Shown: positions 1 to 10,270, counted from the stretch's first letter. The stretch is 64,000 nucleotides of DNA from an uncultured Christensenellaceae bacterium (GCA_910588615.1 CAJUOI010000003.1:15057-79056), one strand, 5' to 3'. Notes: generated by a model not told the origin, from the letters alone. A program made the numbers and translations.

Positions 1-645
1 GAGCTTCATAACGACCATGATGTCGCAGATAGACATCGCCTCCTCCTGATCGTGCGTAACGAACACCGTCGTAATGCCGGTTTCGCGCTGGATACGCTTG
101 ATTTCTTCGCGCGTCTGCAATCTGAGGCGGGCGTCGAGATTGGACAAAGGTTCGTCTAATAAAAGAACGTTGGGCATCTTGACGAGTGCACGAGCGATTG
201 CCACGCGCTGCTGCTGTCCGCCCGAAAGTTCGGAAGGCTTGCGCGCCAGCAAATCCTCAATCTGCACGAGCCGAGCTGCATCCAACGCCTTAGCTTTTGC
301 TTCTATTTTGGGGATTCTCATATTGGTGAGCGGAAACATAATGTTCTGCTCGACCGTCATATGGGGATATAGCGAATAATTCTGAAATACGAGCCCGATA
401 CCCCTCCGTTCGGGGGCAAGCGTCGTTACGTCCTGTTCGTCGAAGAGAATCTGACCCGACGTGGGAGATTCCAGACCGGACAGCATGAACAGCGTCGTCG
501 ACTTCCCGCAACCCGAGGGACCAAGAAGTCCGATGAGCTTGCCGGAAGGAATTTCGATGTTCATGTCGTTTACGGCAATGACGGGCGCGCCCTTCTTTAC
601 ACGGCTGGGGAACGCCTTCGTCAAATGTCGGATTGAAATTTTCAT
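1..645 (-). CDS. Sugar-type ABC transporter ATP-binding protein (MalK/MsmX/UgpC-like); the C-terminal part runs off the left window edge
   Basis: Absent from the ORF track because it is open at the edge. My translation from ATG 643-645 gives MKISIRHLTKAF..GPSGCGKST (Walker A)..LSGGQQQRVAIARA (signature)..LLLDEPLSNLD (Walker B)..VTHDQEEA (H-loop). Confidence 0.9.
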   Translation of the reverse strand, partial: MKISIRHLTKAFPSRVKKGAPVIAVNDMNIEIPSGKLIGLLGPSGCGKSTTLFMLSGLESPTSGQILFDEQDVTTLAPERRGIGLVFQNYSLYPHMTVEQNIMFPLTNMRIPKIEAKAKALDAARLVQIEDLLARKPSELSGGQQQRVAIARALVKMPNVLLLDEPLSNLDARLRLQTREEIKRIQRETGITTVFVTHDQEEAMSICDIMVVMKL

Positions 646-768
646 CGCGTTTTTCCTCTCGTCTTGTTAAATCTCTTTATGTTAGCTGTCCGCTAACATA
701 CCGAATGGGCGCGCCCATTCGAATAAATTCAATATCCGAAACCTGTTTTCGGGCAATTTATTCGGTCT

Positions 769-2040
769 TTACGCTTTCGCTTCGCCGTTTGCTTCGGGGA
801 GGGCTTCGTTCACCGCCGTCTTTTCTTCGGAAGCCCCGCCGCGCGTACGCCGCAAAATCTTTACCGTAAACGTCTTGCGATACCCTTCGACCGGAAGCTC
901 CTCCGGCAAATCCTGCGTGGCGTATTCGGTTTTATTCAAATCGATCCACAGATTTACGTAGACCCCCGCTTTCACACGCTGCGTGGTTTGATAGTTTTCC
1001 TGTTTGATAAGAATAAAAGAAATTTCTTCGCCCTTCGCGTCCGTATATCTGATCTGTACGCTCTCGGCGAAATCGTCAACTTCCGTAACGTCCAGCTCAA
1101 ACGTAACCTGACAGTAATAATCGTTGCCGAACACCTCGCTCCGCTTGGGCGTTTTTTTCTGTTTGGGCTTGATTTTGCACACCTTGAACAAAAACCAGCG
1201 GAAGAAGCGCAGAATAAAACGGTGTCCCAACAAAAAGTCTGCAATCACGTACACGCATACGAAGTACGCCACCACGACGATTGCGGCTTTCGTATCCGCC
1301 TTGCTGTTTGCCACGACGCCCGTCGTACTGATTTTATAGTTTTCGGATTTCGCAAGAAACGCTTCGTGCAACCGATCCAACTGCTCCGATTTCCAATCTC
1401 GGTTGTATTCCTCCACGAAATCGCGAACGTCGGCGAAAAACGGTTGGTCGTAATTCAGATCCAGCGTAACCGTCTGAAAAACCCGTCCGTCTTTATCGTA
1501 AAACGTCAGCTTCCTCAACGAAGGGAAGGTATCGCTACCGAAATCGAAATAGAAAAACCGATTGGAGCGGAGGGTATTTATCGTATCCTTTTTTCCGTCG
1601 CCGTCCGAATCGACGTTCAGAATCTCTACGACGTGCTCCTTGCCCGCGCCGTCTTCCGCTACGAGACGCGTCCGGTTGTCCGTAGCCGAAGTTACGGCAT
1701 AGTTCTCCGCGCCGTAAACGAACCCCGCGTAAGCCTCGTGTATCTTGGTTTCGCCCGCCGTTTCCTCGCCCTCGGCGTTCACCAGCGTCGCGGCGCAGAA
1801 AATGACGATCCCCCCGCCGCCTTCGAAATTCTGCTGAAATACCTCGCGGCTGTCGAAATATCCGCCGACGAGCTGCATCGCGCTGCTGTAATTTCCTTTT
1901 TTCAGCGACGATTCCATGGAGTTAAGGATCTCGCCGTAATCGGAACCGAAGATATAGGGCAAAAACAGTGCCAGCAGAATGCCTATCGTAAACGTAAAAA
2001 TATAATAGACGATTTTGGCGAAAAGCTTTCCGTTCCTCAT
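769..2040 (-). CDS. Hypothetical membrane protein (N-terminal TM segment plus a central TM segment), no recognisable domain
   Basis: 423-aa ORF with coding-like composition. Hydrophobic segments are IVYYIFTFTIGILLALFLPYIF and AAIVVVAYFVCVYVIADFLL. The opposite-strand ORF 988..2232 looks like a shadow. Confidence 0.6.
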   Translation of the reverse strand: MRNGKLFAKIVYYIFTFTIGILLALFLPYIFGSDYGEILNSMESSLKKGNYSSAMQLVGGYFDSREVFQQNFEGGGGIVIFCAATLVNAEGEETAGETKIHEAYAGFVYGAENYAVTSATDNRTRLVAEDGAGKEHVVEILNVDSDGDGKKDTINTLRSNRFFYFDFGSDTFPSLRKLTFYDKDGRVFQTVTLDLNYDQPFFADVRDFVEEYNRDWKSEQLDRLHEAFLAKSENYKISTTGVVANSKADTKAAIVVVAYFVCVYVIADFLLGHRFILRFFRWFLFKVCKIKPKQKKTPKRSEVFGNDYYCQVTFELDVTEVDDFAESVQIRYTDAKGEEISFILIKQENYQTTQRVKAGVYVNLWIDLNKTEYATQDLPEELPVEGYRKTFTVKILRRTRGGASEEKTAVNEALPEANGEAKA

Positions 2041-2043
2041 GGA

Positions 2044-2391
2044 TCATTCGCCGTCGGGCGCTTCCGCAGTTTCCTCGGCTGCCCCCGCTTCGGGTTCGCC
2101 GTTCCCGCTCTGCGGTTCGGCGTTCTCGTCCCCCGCTTCCGCGCCCTCTTGCTTTTCGCCTTCCTCTTGCGCCGCTTCGGCAGCACGCGCATTTTGAAGA
2201 TTCGATTTGAACGACGCTTCGCGTTTCTGTAAATTTTCCCTCTGTTCGCGGTAAAATTTCTTATTGAACACGGGGATCAAAAAATATACCGCCACGATCA
2301 GCGCGACGATCGCCGCGCAGATGATAAAAAATGCGATATCCACGTCCTTGAGTTTGTTTAAAGCGCACACCGCGCTCCTCATGCCCGACAT
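2044..2391 (-). CDS. Hypothetical small membrane-anchored protein with an acidic E/A/G-rich tail
   Basis: 115-aa ORF ending 4 nt before the next gene. One TM segment (IAFFIICAAIVALIVAVYFLIPVF) is followed by a low-complexity acidic C-terminus. Confidence 0.5.
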   Translation of the reverse strand: MSGMRSAVCALNKLKDVDIAFFIICAAIVALIVAVYFLIPVFNKKFYREQRENLQKREASFKSNLQNARAAEAAQEEGEKQEGAEAGDENAEPQSGNGEPEAGAAEETAEAPDGE

Positions 2392-2580
2392 ATGTAATCT
2401 CCGTATTTACCGTTAGTTACTGTAAACCGTTTGCCACGGGCAAAAACAGCCGCCCGCTTTTTTCCTATTCACGATTATATCACACCGCAACCAAGAAAGC
2501 AACACTTTCACGAAAAAAAACTTGCGCAAAAATGGAATAAGTTTTTCCATATTTTTCCCCGATCGGGGCAAATGCCGATT

Positions 2581-3468
2581 TTATCCCCAAATCGCCGCGG
2601 CATATTCGGGATGGTCGACGAAGGGATTGCGGTTGCCCTGTATTGCAAATACGGCGTCGTTGCGCGCCGTTTCGATTTCATCCACAGGGTCGGCGGCGTG
2701 CCAGCGCAACAACAGCCCGATTGCCTCGCTCTCGCTTGCCGCCGAGGTGATCTGGGTAAAATTCAACGTACCGAAATAGTAGGCGTACCCGCTTCCGTCG
2801 GTGGTGCCGTATACGTTCCCGTAAGTATTGTAATGCGCGTACACGTACATAACGATACGCGCGACGTCCCCCTTTACCTTGTCGAGCGGCTCGAACGTGC
2901 CGCCGTCCACCTTGCCGCCCACATACTTTTTGCTTCCGTCGGAACCGATGAAATAGGCAAGCCCCCCGCCGCTCGCCTCGCCGAACTTATGGTTGCCGCG
3001 CGTAGCGTTCAGCCGCACCTCCGACGGACGGATATGGTGCATATCGCTTCCGCCGCCCACCTCGTCCTCATTCCACAATCCGCCCGAAAGACTCTTGCAC
3101 CACACGTGCTCCCTGTTCCACGTGCCGGCGTTCTGACCGCCCGCCCACGGCGACGGGATGCTCTCCTGCGTGTAAAAATCCATGACGGTATTTTCCTCCC
3201 TGCCCTTGTCCGTCCGCACGACGAGCTCCGTCGTCTTGCAGTCGGCATAAGAGGTATAGTGCGTATGCGTCGTCGTAATCAAATCGTGCAACTGCCCTAA
3301 AAGCGCGCCGCCCGCCGATGCGGTGATGCTTGCATAGTAGCCGTCGCCGCCGACCTCAGAACCGCCGTCGCCCTTTTCAAATCGTTCGCTGCAGCCCGCC
3401 GCCACGGCAATACAGCCGATAACCGCCGCCAGCGCAAGCGCCTTAAAAGCTTTTTTTATACTTCTCAT
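2581..3468 (-). CDS. Endonuclease I family extracellular nuclease, lipoprotein
   Basis: Motifs REHVWCKS, DMHHIRPS..N..RGN and NRNPFVDHPEYA are typical of endonuclease I. The internal start MRSIKKAFKALALAAVIGCIAVAAGC has a lipobox. Start 3468 overlaps the tdk stop by 4 nt. Confidence 0.75.
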   Translation of the reverse strand: MRSIKKAFKALALAAVIGCIAVAAGCSERFEKGDGGSEVGGDGYYASITASAGGALLGQLHDLITTTHTHYTSYADCKTTELVVRTDKGREENTVMDFYTQESIPSPWAGGQNAGTWNREHVWCKSLSGGLWNEDEVGGGSDMHHIRPSEVRLNATRGNHKFGEASGGGLAYFIGSDGSKKYVGGKVDGGTFEPLDKVKGDVARIVMYVYAHYNTYGNVYGTTDGSGYAYYFGTLNFTQITSAASESEAIGLLLRWHAADPVDEIETARNDAVFAIQGNRNPFVDHPEYAAAIWG

Positions 3469-4052
3469 ACCGATCCCCTCTCCCGCGCCTGCCGTTTCAG
3501 CCAGCACTTTCTGCACATGGCAACGTACCTGTCGTTACCGCCGATGCACACCTGCGATCCCTCGGTTACGATTCTGCCCCGTTCATCGATACGCGCGTTC
3601 ACCGTCGCCTTTGCGCCGCAGGTGCATACCGATTTGATTTCGCTGATGGACTGTGCGATTTCGAACAGCCGCTTGCTCCCAGGAAAGAGGTGCGTCGTAA
3701 AATCGGTGCTCAGCCCGAAGCACAAAACGGGCACGTCCCGCTCCATGACGATGTCGGCAAGCTGGTCTACCTGCTCGGGCGTTAAGAATTGGCACTCGTC
3801 CACGATAACGACGTTGCAGTCGGAATACGTATTTAAGTACGTTTCGTAAATATTTTCTTCCGCCTGTACGACCGCCGCCCCCGCACGAATCCCGATGCGC
3901 GATCGAACGGCGTCGACGCCGTCGCGGTCGTCGACCGCGGGCTTTAAGAGCAGCACCTTCATGTTTCGCTCTTCGTAGTTGAATTTCGTAATCAGCGCCT
4001 GCGCCGTCTTGGAACAGCCCATCGCCCCGAATTTGAAGTATAATTTCGCCAT
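3465..4052 (-). CDS. tdk: Thymidine kinase
   Basis: 195 aa. P-loop FGAMGCSKT, VIVDECQF, and a C-terminal Zn-ribbon cysteine pair (CTCG..CRKC). Confidence 0.9.
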   Translation of the reverse strand: MAKLYFKFGAMGCSKTAQALITKFNYEERNMKVLLLKPAVDDRDGVDAVRSRIGIRAGAAVVQAEENIYETYLNTYSDCNVVIVDECQFLTPEQVDQLADIVMERDVPVLCFGLSTDFTTHLFPGSKRLFEIAQSISEIKSVCTCGAKATVNARIDERGRIVTEGSQVCIGGNDRYVAMCRKCWLKRQARERGSV

Positions 4053-4058
4053 AAATCT

Positions 4059-5360
4059 TTACTCGATAACGCAGTAAACGAGCGGCTCGTCCTGCGGTTT
4101 TTTCTCTTGTATCCGGGTTGCTGAAAGCAGCTTTTTCTCCGCCTCCGCAAACAGCGACCGATCGTCCGCAAACAGCGTTGCGATTTCCTCGCCTTCCTTT
4201 ACCCTGTCGCCCGTCTTGCGTTTGAGCAGAATGCCCGCACCGTAATCGATGGTATCCTCCGCCGTATTGCGCCCCGCGCCCAAAATAAGGCTCGCCAGCC
4301 CGTACGCTTCGGTGTCCGACTTGCAGATATATCCGCTCCGCCCGCTCTTTACGGCGTGCGAATATTTCGCTCTTACGAACTTCGAAGGGTCGTCGATCAG
4401 TCCCGCGTCGCCGCCCTGCGCCGCAACCGTCTCCCTGAACTTTTTAAGCGCGCTGCCGTCCCCGATCGCACGCTTCGCCGCTTGTCTGCACTCTTCCACG
4501 CTCCCCTTGCCCGCAAGGGAGAGCATATAGCCCGCAAGCGTTAAACATACCTCGGTAAAGTCGGCGGGGCCGCGCCCGTTCAGCGTCTCTATCGCTTCGA
4601 TCACTTCGAGCGAATTTCCGATCGCCGAACCCAAGGGCCGATCCATATTCGTGATGAGCGCAACCATTTTTTTACCCGCGTTCTTTCCGATGTCCACCAT
4701 CAGTCGCGCCAGCGCCTTGCTGTCGTCGAGGCTCTTCATAAACGATCCGCTGCCCGTCTTGACGTCCAGAACGATGCAGTCGTCGTCGGCGGCAAGCTTT
4801 TTTCCCATAATGCTGGCGGCGATCAGCGGCATACTGTCCACGGTTGCCGTAACGTCGCGCAATGCGTACAGCTTTTTGTCCGCAGGCGCAAACTGCTTGC
4901 TCTGCCCCACGATCGCAAACCCGATATCGTTCACCTGCCGGATAAAGTCCTCGTCGGAAAGCGTCGTCCGAAAGCCCGTAATCGCTTCCAGTTTATCCAC
5001 CGTGCCGCCCGTGTGCCCCAATCCTCTGCCGCTCATCTTGGCGACCTTGACGCCCAGAGACGCGACGACGGGCGCAACCACCAGACTTGTTTTGTCGCCC
5101 ACGCCGCCCGTGGAATGCTTGTCCACGCGGATTCCGTTCACGGCGGAGAAGTTTACCTTTTCGCCCGAATCGCGCACGGCAAACGTCAAATCGCACGTCT
5201 CGCGCACGCTCATGCCGCGAAAGTAGATCGCCATGCACAGCGCCGAAATCTGATAGTCGGGAATGCTCCCGTCCGTAACGCCCGCAACAAAGAATCGGAT
5301 TTCTTCGGTGCTCAGCTCCTGCCCGTCGCGTTTCTTTTTGATAATGTCGTAGATCCTCAT
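4059..5360 (-). CDS. pdp: Pyrimidine-nucleoside (thymidine) phosphorylase
   Basis: 433 aa. N-terminus MRIYDIIKKKRDGQELSTEEI and KHSTGGVGDKTSL are typical of Pdp/DeoA. Confidence 0.92.
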   Translation of the reverse strand: MRIYDIIKKKRDGQELSTEEIRFFVAGVTDGSIPDYQISALCMAIYFRGMSVRETCDLTFAVRDSGEKVNFSAVNGIRVDKHSTGGVGDKTSLVVAPVVASLGVKVAKMSGRGLGHTGGTVDKLEAITGFRTTLSDEDFIRQVNDIGFAIVGQSKQFAPADKKLYALRDVTATVDSMPLIAASIMGKKLAADDDCIVLDVKTGSGSFMKSLDDSKALARLMVDIGKNAGKKMVALITNMDRPLGSAIGNSLEVIEAIETLNGRGPADFTEVCLTLAGYMLSLAGKGSVEECRQAAKRAIGDGSALKKFRETVAAQGGDAGLIDDPSKFVRAKYSHAVKSGRSGYICKSDTEAYGLASLILGAGRNTAEDTIDYGAGILLKRKTGDRVKEGEEIATLFADDRSLFAEAEKKLLSATRIQEKKPQDEPLVYCVIE

Positions 5361-7204
5361 AACAAACCCTCCGTCAATGCAGCGTAAGTTTCGAGAGCGC
5401 CGAATCCTGAAAGACTGCTCTTCGGCGCGCTCCAGCCCCCCTCGGAAATGAAATCGGCAAGCAAATCCCGCGCGTACTTTCCGTTTTTCAGCCGCGCGAT
5501 TTCCGTAATGCGGTTGGGCGCGTACGTGGAAGTATAGCTGTCGACGATAATATAATAATCCTTACCGTTCGATACCTCGGACGGAGAGATCGTCGAATAA
5601 ACGTGATAGTTGGCGTTGCTCGTTCCCAAAAATTTCGCCTTTAAATCGACGCCCCTGATCCTGCCCAGAACGATTTCGTTATCGAAGGGAAGAACGGAAA
5701 ACAGCGAGGCGTATGTAACCCCGCCCGCCGCAACCGAATAGGGCGAACGCGTCTTTAAATATCCGCCGCCCGACACGATATCATAGCTTGCGCCCCACGT
5801 TTGCGTACCAACGGAATAGTACAATTTTGCCACCTGTTCGCAGATATCGCCGTCGTTCTTTCTCGAATCGTTGGTCCCCAGAACGGCGGTATAGGGATTG
5901 TCCTCGGGGAAATACTTTTCGAAGATCTCCCCCACGACGGGGTCGCCCGTAACGGAATCGCTCGCGTACACCCGATTGGACAGGATTCGCGGCGTAACCG
6001 CGTATCCGTGCGTAACCGTATTAAAAGAAACTTCGGCGCAACTGACGTAATTGTTTTCGCCGCCGCCCTGTAAATGGTAGACGCCGTACTCGTCCTTTAA
6101 AATATAACTTTGATGCGTGTGCCCCTCGAACACGAGGTCGACGTAACCGTCGGAAAGTGCGGTGTCGTAATACGAAATATCGCCGTTCGTAACGGAGGCG
6201 ACGCTCGAAGAAACGCTGCTGCCATAGCCGTCGTGTACGGAATACACGATGAAATCGCATTGCTCTTCCCCTCTCAGCCGCACCGCCTCATTCTTTACGA
6301 GCGCGGTCAGCGCATCGCCCGTGGCAAACTGCAGTCCGTCGGTAAAGTCGCCCGAAATCGAACTCAGACAGTCGCCGATTGCACCGATGATCCCGATTTT
6401 CACGCCGCCCTTTTCCACAACCGTGGACGCGCGGCAGTAATCCACCGCTTTGCCCCGATAGGTTACGTTGATGGCGAGAAAGGGAAATTCGGCAAGCTCG
6501 CTGTTGGGCGTCAGCGTCGCCGCGCCCCAGTCGTATTCGTGATTCCCGAGGGTCATGGATACAAACCCGACCTCGTTCATCCACTCCGTCATCAGCCGCC
6601 CCTTGTTGGTTGACGATTCCACCGTGCCCTGCCACATATCGCCCGACGAGAGCAGAATCTCTTCCCGCGTCTTATCGGCGTACAGCGCTTTGAGATAGGC
6701 GGTAAACTCGTCTACCCCCGGCTGCCTGTCGGTGTCCATATACTTGCCGTGCAAATCGTTTACGGCATAGAAGGAAAGCTCCGCCGTTACGCTTTCGCCG
6801 CACCCGTCGCAGATCCCGTTGCCGTCGAAGTCGGCGTGCAAATGCTCCGTCGGAGAGACGGGGCTTACGTATTGCTTCGGCTGAGAGAACTCGCTGTCCG
6901 CATACTCCTTGCCGTCGCCCACCGCCTTCACTCTTACGCTCTGCCCGTCGCTAAGGAGTACGCGCCGCTCCTGCGTCTGCTTCTCCCCGCCCCCGTCCAC
7001 GACGTAAACGTAGGCGATCGCGTGCTCCACGCCGCCCCACTGCGCCACGCCGCTATCGCTCACCGTAATCTCGGGCACGGCAAGCCCGGGCAGGTTTTTT
7101 CCGCGCGAAAAAAGCGAACAGCCGACCGCCGTAAAAAGCAGCAGCGCGGCAGCGAACAATGCAGAAATTTTAACCGTAAATTTTTTCATATTCTTCCGCA
7201 GCAA
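5357..7204 (-). CDS. Secreted 5'-nucleotidase / calcineurin-like metallophosphoesterase, lipoprotein
   Basis: Motifs NDLHG, SGDMWQG, GNHEYDWG and GHTHQ, with a lipobox LLLFTAVGCS. The start may instead be the ATG at 7189 (MKKFTVK). Confidence 0.8.
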   Translation of the reverse strand: MLRKNMKKFTVKISALFAAALLLFTAVGCSLFSRGKNLPGLAVPEITVSDSGVAQWGGVEHAIAYVYVVDGGGEKQTQERRVLLSDGQSVRVKAVGDGKEYADSEFSQPKQYVSPVSPTEHLHADFDGNGICDGCGESVTAELSFYAVNDLHGKYMDTDRQPGVDEFTAYLKALYADKTREEILLSSGDMWQGTVESSTNKGRLMTEWMNEVGFVSMTLGNHEYDWGAATLTPNSELAEFPFLAINVTYRGKAVDYCRASTVVEKGGVKIGIIGAIGDCLSSISGDFTDGLQFATGDALTALVKNEAVRLRGEEQCDFIVYSVHDGYGSSVSSSVASVTNGDISYYDTALSDGYVDLVFEGHTHQSYILKDEYGVYHLQGGGENNYVSCAEVSFNTVTHGYAVTPRILSNRVYASDSVTGDPVVGEIFEKYFPEDNPYTAVLGTNDSRKNDGDICEQVAKLYYSVGTQTWGASYDIVSGGGYLKTRSPYSVAAGGVTYASLFSVLPFDNEIVLGRIRGVDLKAKFLGTSNANYHVYSTISPSEVSNGKDYYIIVDSYTSTYAPNRITEIARLKNGKYARDLLADFISEGGWSAPKSSLSGFGALETYAALTEGLL

Positions 7205-7207
7205 AAC

Positions 7208-7612
7208 TTACAAATCTTTTTTCGTAAACGAAAAAGGCAGCAGAGAGCCGAGCGTATGCACGCCGAACTCCTCTTCGTTGCCGAGAATTATTTTAAAATC
7301 ATCGCCGCAGAACTCGGCAATCACCTGCCTGCAAACGCCGCAGGGCGCACAAAAGCCGCCCTTCTCCTCCGCCTTCCCCCCCACGATCGCCATTGCCTCG
7401 AATTCGCGCTCGCCCTCGCTGACCGCCTTGAAAATCGCCGTGCGTTCGGCGCAATTCGTGGGTGTGTAAGCCGCGTTTTCGATATTGCAGCCCGTATAGA
7501 TCTTTCCGTTTTTACAAAGCAGCGCCGCCCCCACGCAAAAGTGCGAATAGGGAGAATAGGATTTTTTCCGCGCCTCCTGCGCAAGTTCCGCCAAATATTT
7601 ATAGTCCGTCAT
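7208..7612 (-). CDS. cdd: Cytidine deaminase
   Basis: 134 aa with CAERTAI and CAPCGVCRQ zinc-ligand motifs. Confidence 0.9.
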   Translation of the reverse strand: MTDYKYLAELAQEARKKSYSPYSHFCVGAALLCKNGKIYTGCNIENAAYTPTNCAERTAIFKAVSEGEREFEAMAIVGGKAEEKGGFCAPCGVCRQVIAEFCGDDFKIILGNEEEFGVHTLGSLLPFSFTKKDL

Positions 7613-8772
7613 TTTTTTACCGCTCCCAAAAAGCTTTCGCCCTGCGTGCCCGCCTGCGCCGTACCGAAATACTCGAGAACCGTTGCGCCGATGTCGGCAA
7701 AGCTTGCGCGCGTGCCCAGATCGACGCCGCTCTTAATTCCTTTGCCGTATACGAGCATGGGGGTGTATTCGCGGGAATGGTCGGTGGAGGGCGTTGCGGG
7801 ATCGCAGCCGTGGTCGGCGGTGATCATAAGCACGTCCTCCTCTCTCATATCCTTGACGAACGAAGTCAGGAAGCCGTCGAATTCCGTTGCGGCGGCGGCG
7901 TAACCCGCCACGTCGTTCCTGTGCCCGTACTTCATGTCGAAATCGACAAGATTGACGAAGCAAAGCCCGTTGAAATCTCTATCCTGCATATCCTTCGTTA
8001 CCTGCATTCCGTGCGTGTTCGAAGTCGTGCGGTTGCTTTCGGAAATGCCGCTGCCCGCGAAAATATCGTAAATCTTGCCCACCGAAATGGTGTCGAAGCC
8101 CGCCCTTTGCAGCACGTTCAGCATCGTGTCGGAGGGCGGCTGCAACGAAAAGTCGTGCCGGTTCGCCGTGCGCGCAAACGGATACTCTCCGTTAAAGGGA
8201 CGGGCGATCACCCTGCCCACGCCGTGCTTGCCGACGAGCAGCCCCCTTGCGATTTCGCAGTATTCGTACAGCTCCTTTACGGGCACGACGTCCTCGTGCG
8301 CGGCTATCTGGAACACGCTGTCCGCCGAGGTGTATACGATCAACGCGCCCGTTTTCACGTGCTCGCGTCCGAAGTCCTTGATGACCTCCGTCCCCGAATA
8401 CGGCTTGTTGCAGAGCGTCCTTCTGCCCGTCCGCTTCTCGAACTCTTTTATGATTTCGTCGGGGAAGCCGTCGGGATAGGTGGGCAGAGGCTTGGGCGAA
8501 ACAACGCCCGCGATCTCCCAGTGCCCGATCGTGGTATCCTTCCCCATGGACTTTTCGCGCATTCTCGCGTAGCTTGCCGCGGGCGAAGCCACGCCGCCGC
8601 CCACGCCGTCGATATTGAAGAGCCCCATTTTTTTCAGCTCGGGACAGTTGAAATTCGGATGATTGCGTATCGCTCCCAAAGTATTGCTGCCCTCGTCGTG
8701 CCACAGATTCGCGTCGGGCAGCTCCCCTATGCCGAAACTGTCGAGAACGATCAAAAAAAATCTCTTTGCCAT
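7609..8772 (-). CDS. deoB: Phosphopentomutase
   Basis: The conserved N-terminus MAKRFFLIVLDSFGIGELPDA starts at ATG 8772, preceded by AAGGAGGGG. The track ORF extends to 8979, but that extension overlaps deoD. Confidence 0.92.
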   Translation of the reverse strand: MAKRFFLIVLDSFGIGELPDANLWHDEGSNTLGAIRNHPNFNCPELKKMGLFNIDGVGGGVASPAASYARMREKSMGKDTTIGHWEIAGVVSPKPLPTYPDGFPDEIIKEFEKRTGRRTLCNKPYSGTEVIKDFGREHVKTGALIVYTSADSVFQIAAHEDVVPVKELYEYCEIARGLLVGKHGVGRVIARPFNGEYPFARTANRHDFSLQPPSDTMLNVLQRAGFDTISVGKIYDIFAGSGISESNRTTSNTHGMQVTKDMQDRDFNGLCFVNLVDFDMKYGHRNDVAGYAAAATEFDGFLTSFVKDMREEDVLMITADHGCDPATPSTDHSREYTPMLVYGKGIKSGVDLGTRASFADIGATVLEYFGTAQAGTQGESFLGAVKK

Positions 8773-8783
8773 AATTCCCCTCC

Positions 8784-9512
8784 TTACGCGAGCTCCAGCG
8801 CAATTTTCATCATCGCCGTAAACGAATTCTGCCGCTCCTCGGCGGTCGTATTCTCTTCGGGATAAATAAAGCTGTCGCTTACCGTGCAGATACACAGCGC
8901 CTTTTTCCCCGCGCGCGCCGCGTTGCAGTAGAGGGCGGCGCTCTCCATTTCCACGCCGAGCACGCCCATTTTCGCCCATTGCATTCCGCTGTTGCCGTCG
9001 TCGTAGAAGGTGTCCGATGAGAAGATGTTCCCCACTTTATAGCGGACGCCCGCATCCTCGCACAGCTGCGCCGCACGGCGCGCCAACGAGAAATCCGCAA
9101 TCGGGCAGAACGTGCCGGGGAGGTTGTACTGCGCGGCATAGTTTCCGTTCGTGCACGCGCCGAGCGCAATGATGATATCGCGCGCGTGCAAATCCTTGTC
9201 GAACGAACCGCACGAGCCGATGCGGATGATATTTTCCACACCGTAGAAATTGAACAGCTCGTACGAATAAATTCCGATGGACGGCTGCCCCATGCCCGAC
9301 GCCATCACCGAAACCCGCTTGCCTTTATAATAGCCCGTATACCCGTTGACACCGCGCACGTTGTTGACGAGAACGGCGTCGTTAAGAAAGTTTTCCGCAA
9401 TGAACTTTGCCCGAAGGGGATCCCCCGGCATTAAAACGGTTTCGGCGAAATCGCCGTACTTTGCGGTGATGTGCGGCGTGGGAACGTTGGGATGCTTTTT
9501 TTCTGCGCTCAT
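8784..9512 (-). CDS. deoD: Purine nucleoside phosphorylase, DeoD type
   Basis: 242 aa with [26 protein letters not shown] and GMGQPS motifs. Confidence 0.92.
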   Translation of the reverse strand: MSAEKKHPNVPTPHITAKYGDFAETVLMPGDPLRAKFIAENFLNDAVLVNNVRGVNGYTGYYKGKRVSVMASGMGQPSIGIYSYELFNFYGVENIIRIGSCGSFDKDLHARDIIIALGACTNGNYAAQYNLPGTFCPIADFSLARRAAQLCEDAGVRYKVGNIFSSDTFYDDGNSGMQWAKMGVLGVEMESAALYCNAARAGKKALCICTVSDSFIYPEENTTAEERQNSFTAMMKIALELA

Positions 9513-10165
9513 GATTTGCTCTCCTTTACGATTTTTACGATACGGGACGTGCCCAGCCTGTCCGCGCCGAGCGTTACGAAATCCTCCGCGTCCTGCATGG
9601 AGGCGATGCCCCCCGCCGCCTTGATTTTTACGCCCTTACCGACGTGCTTTTTAAAGATAACCACGTCCTCGCGCGTGGCGCCGGCTTTGGAAAATCCCGT
9701 GGAGGTCTTGATAAAGTCCGCCTTCGCCGAAGTTACGATTTCGCACATCCTGATCTTCTCTTCCTCCGTAAGAAGGCAGGTCTCGATGATGACCTTTAAA
9801 ATCTTACCGCCGCAAGCGGCTTTAATTGCGGAAATTTCGTCCTCGATTTTATCGTACGCGCGCGCCTTTAAATCACCGATATTGATCACCATGTCGATTT
9901 CGTCCGCGCCGTTTTCCACAGCCTCCGCCGTTTCGAACACCTTCGCTTCCTTCGTGTTGTAGCCGTTCGGAAAGCCGATCACCGTGCAAATTGCAATTTT
10001 TCCTTGGGCATACTCCTTCGCGCGGCTTACGTAGCAGGGCGGAATGCACACCGACGCGGTGCCGTATTCGATTCCGTCGTCGATCAGCGCCTTGATATCC
10101 CCCCACGTTGCCGTTACGGCAAGCTGGGTGTGGTCGCACTTGCTTAAAATATCCCGAATGTCCAT
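9509..10165 (-). CDS. deoC: Deoxyribose-phosphate aldolase
   Basis: Starts at [15 protein letters not shown] and contains FIKTSTGF (Schiff-base Lys region). ATG 10165 lies downstream of the consensus promoter at 10202-10230; the longer track ORF start lies upstream of it. Confidence 0.9.
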   Translation of the reverse strand: MDIRDILSKCDHTQLAVTATWGDIKALIDDGIEYGTASVCIPPCYVSRAKEYAQGKIAICTVIGFPNGYNTKEAKVFETAEAVENGADEIDMVINIGDLKARAYDKIEDEISAIKAACGGKILKVIIETCLLTEEEKIRMCEIVTSAKADFIKTSTGFSKAGATREDVVIFKKHVGKGVKIKAAGGIASMQDAEDFVTLGADRLGTSRIVKIVKESKS

Positions 10166-10201
10166 CGTTTTCTTATTTCTCCCTATGGTTTTTTTGAATC
10201 T

Positions 10202-10230
10202 ATTATAACCCGAAATCCCCTGCATGTCAA
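10202..10230 (-). promoter_or_regulatory. Sigma-70-type promoter of the deoC..nuclease operon
   Basis: The minus strand reads TTGACA, a 17-nt spacer, then TATAAT (perfect consensus), about 30 nt upstream of the deoC ATG. Confidence 0.55.
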
Positions 10231-10270
10231 TAGAAAATAAAAAATTAAGAGGCAGCATTTGCGCCTCTTA
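10231..10270 (-). terminator. Rho-independent terminator after the HAD-like gene
   Basis: An 8-bp stem TAAGAGGC/GCCTCTTA overlaps the stop codon and is followed on the minus strand by TTTTTTATTTT. Confidence 0.65.

Noticed and set aside
988-2232. Long plus-strand ORF (414 aa), and similar ones at 5013..5387, 6749..7903, 7462..8865, 15143..17581 (812 aa), 18350..19624, 19885..20799, 40423..41724, 45861..47360 and 47572..48750.
   Set aside because: All lie antisense to well-supported minus-strand genes (deo genes, giant lipoprotein, GH43, permease, gdhA, dnaK, grpE). They are Arg/Ala/Gly/Pro-rich as expected for shadow frames of GC-rich coding DNA, and show no recognisable motifs.
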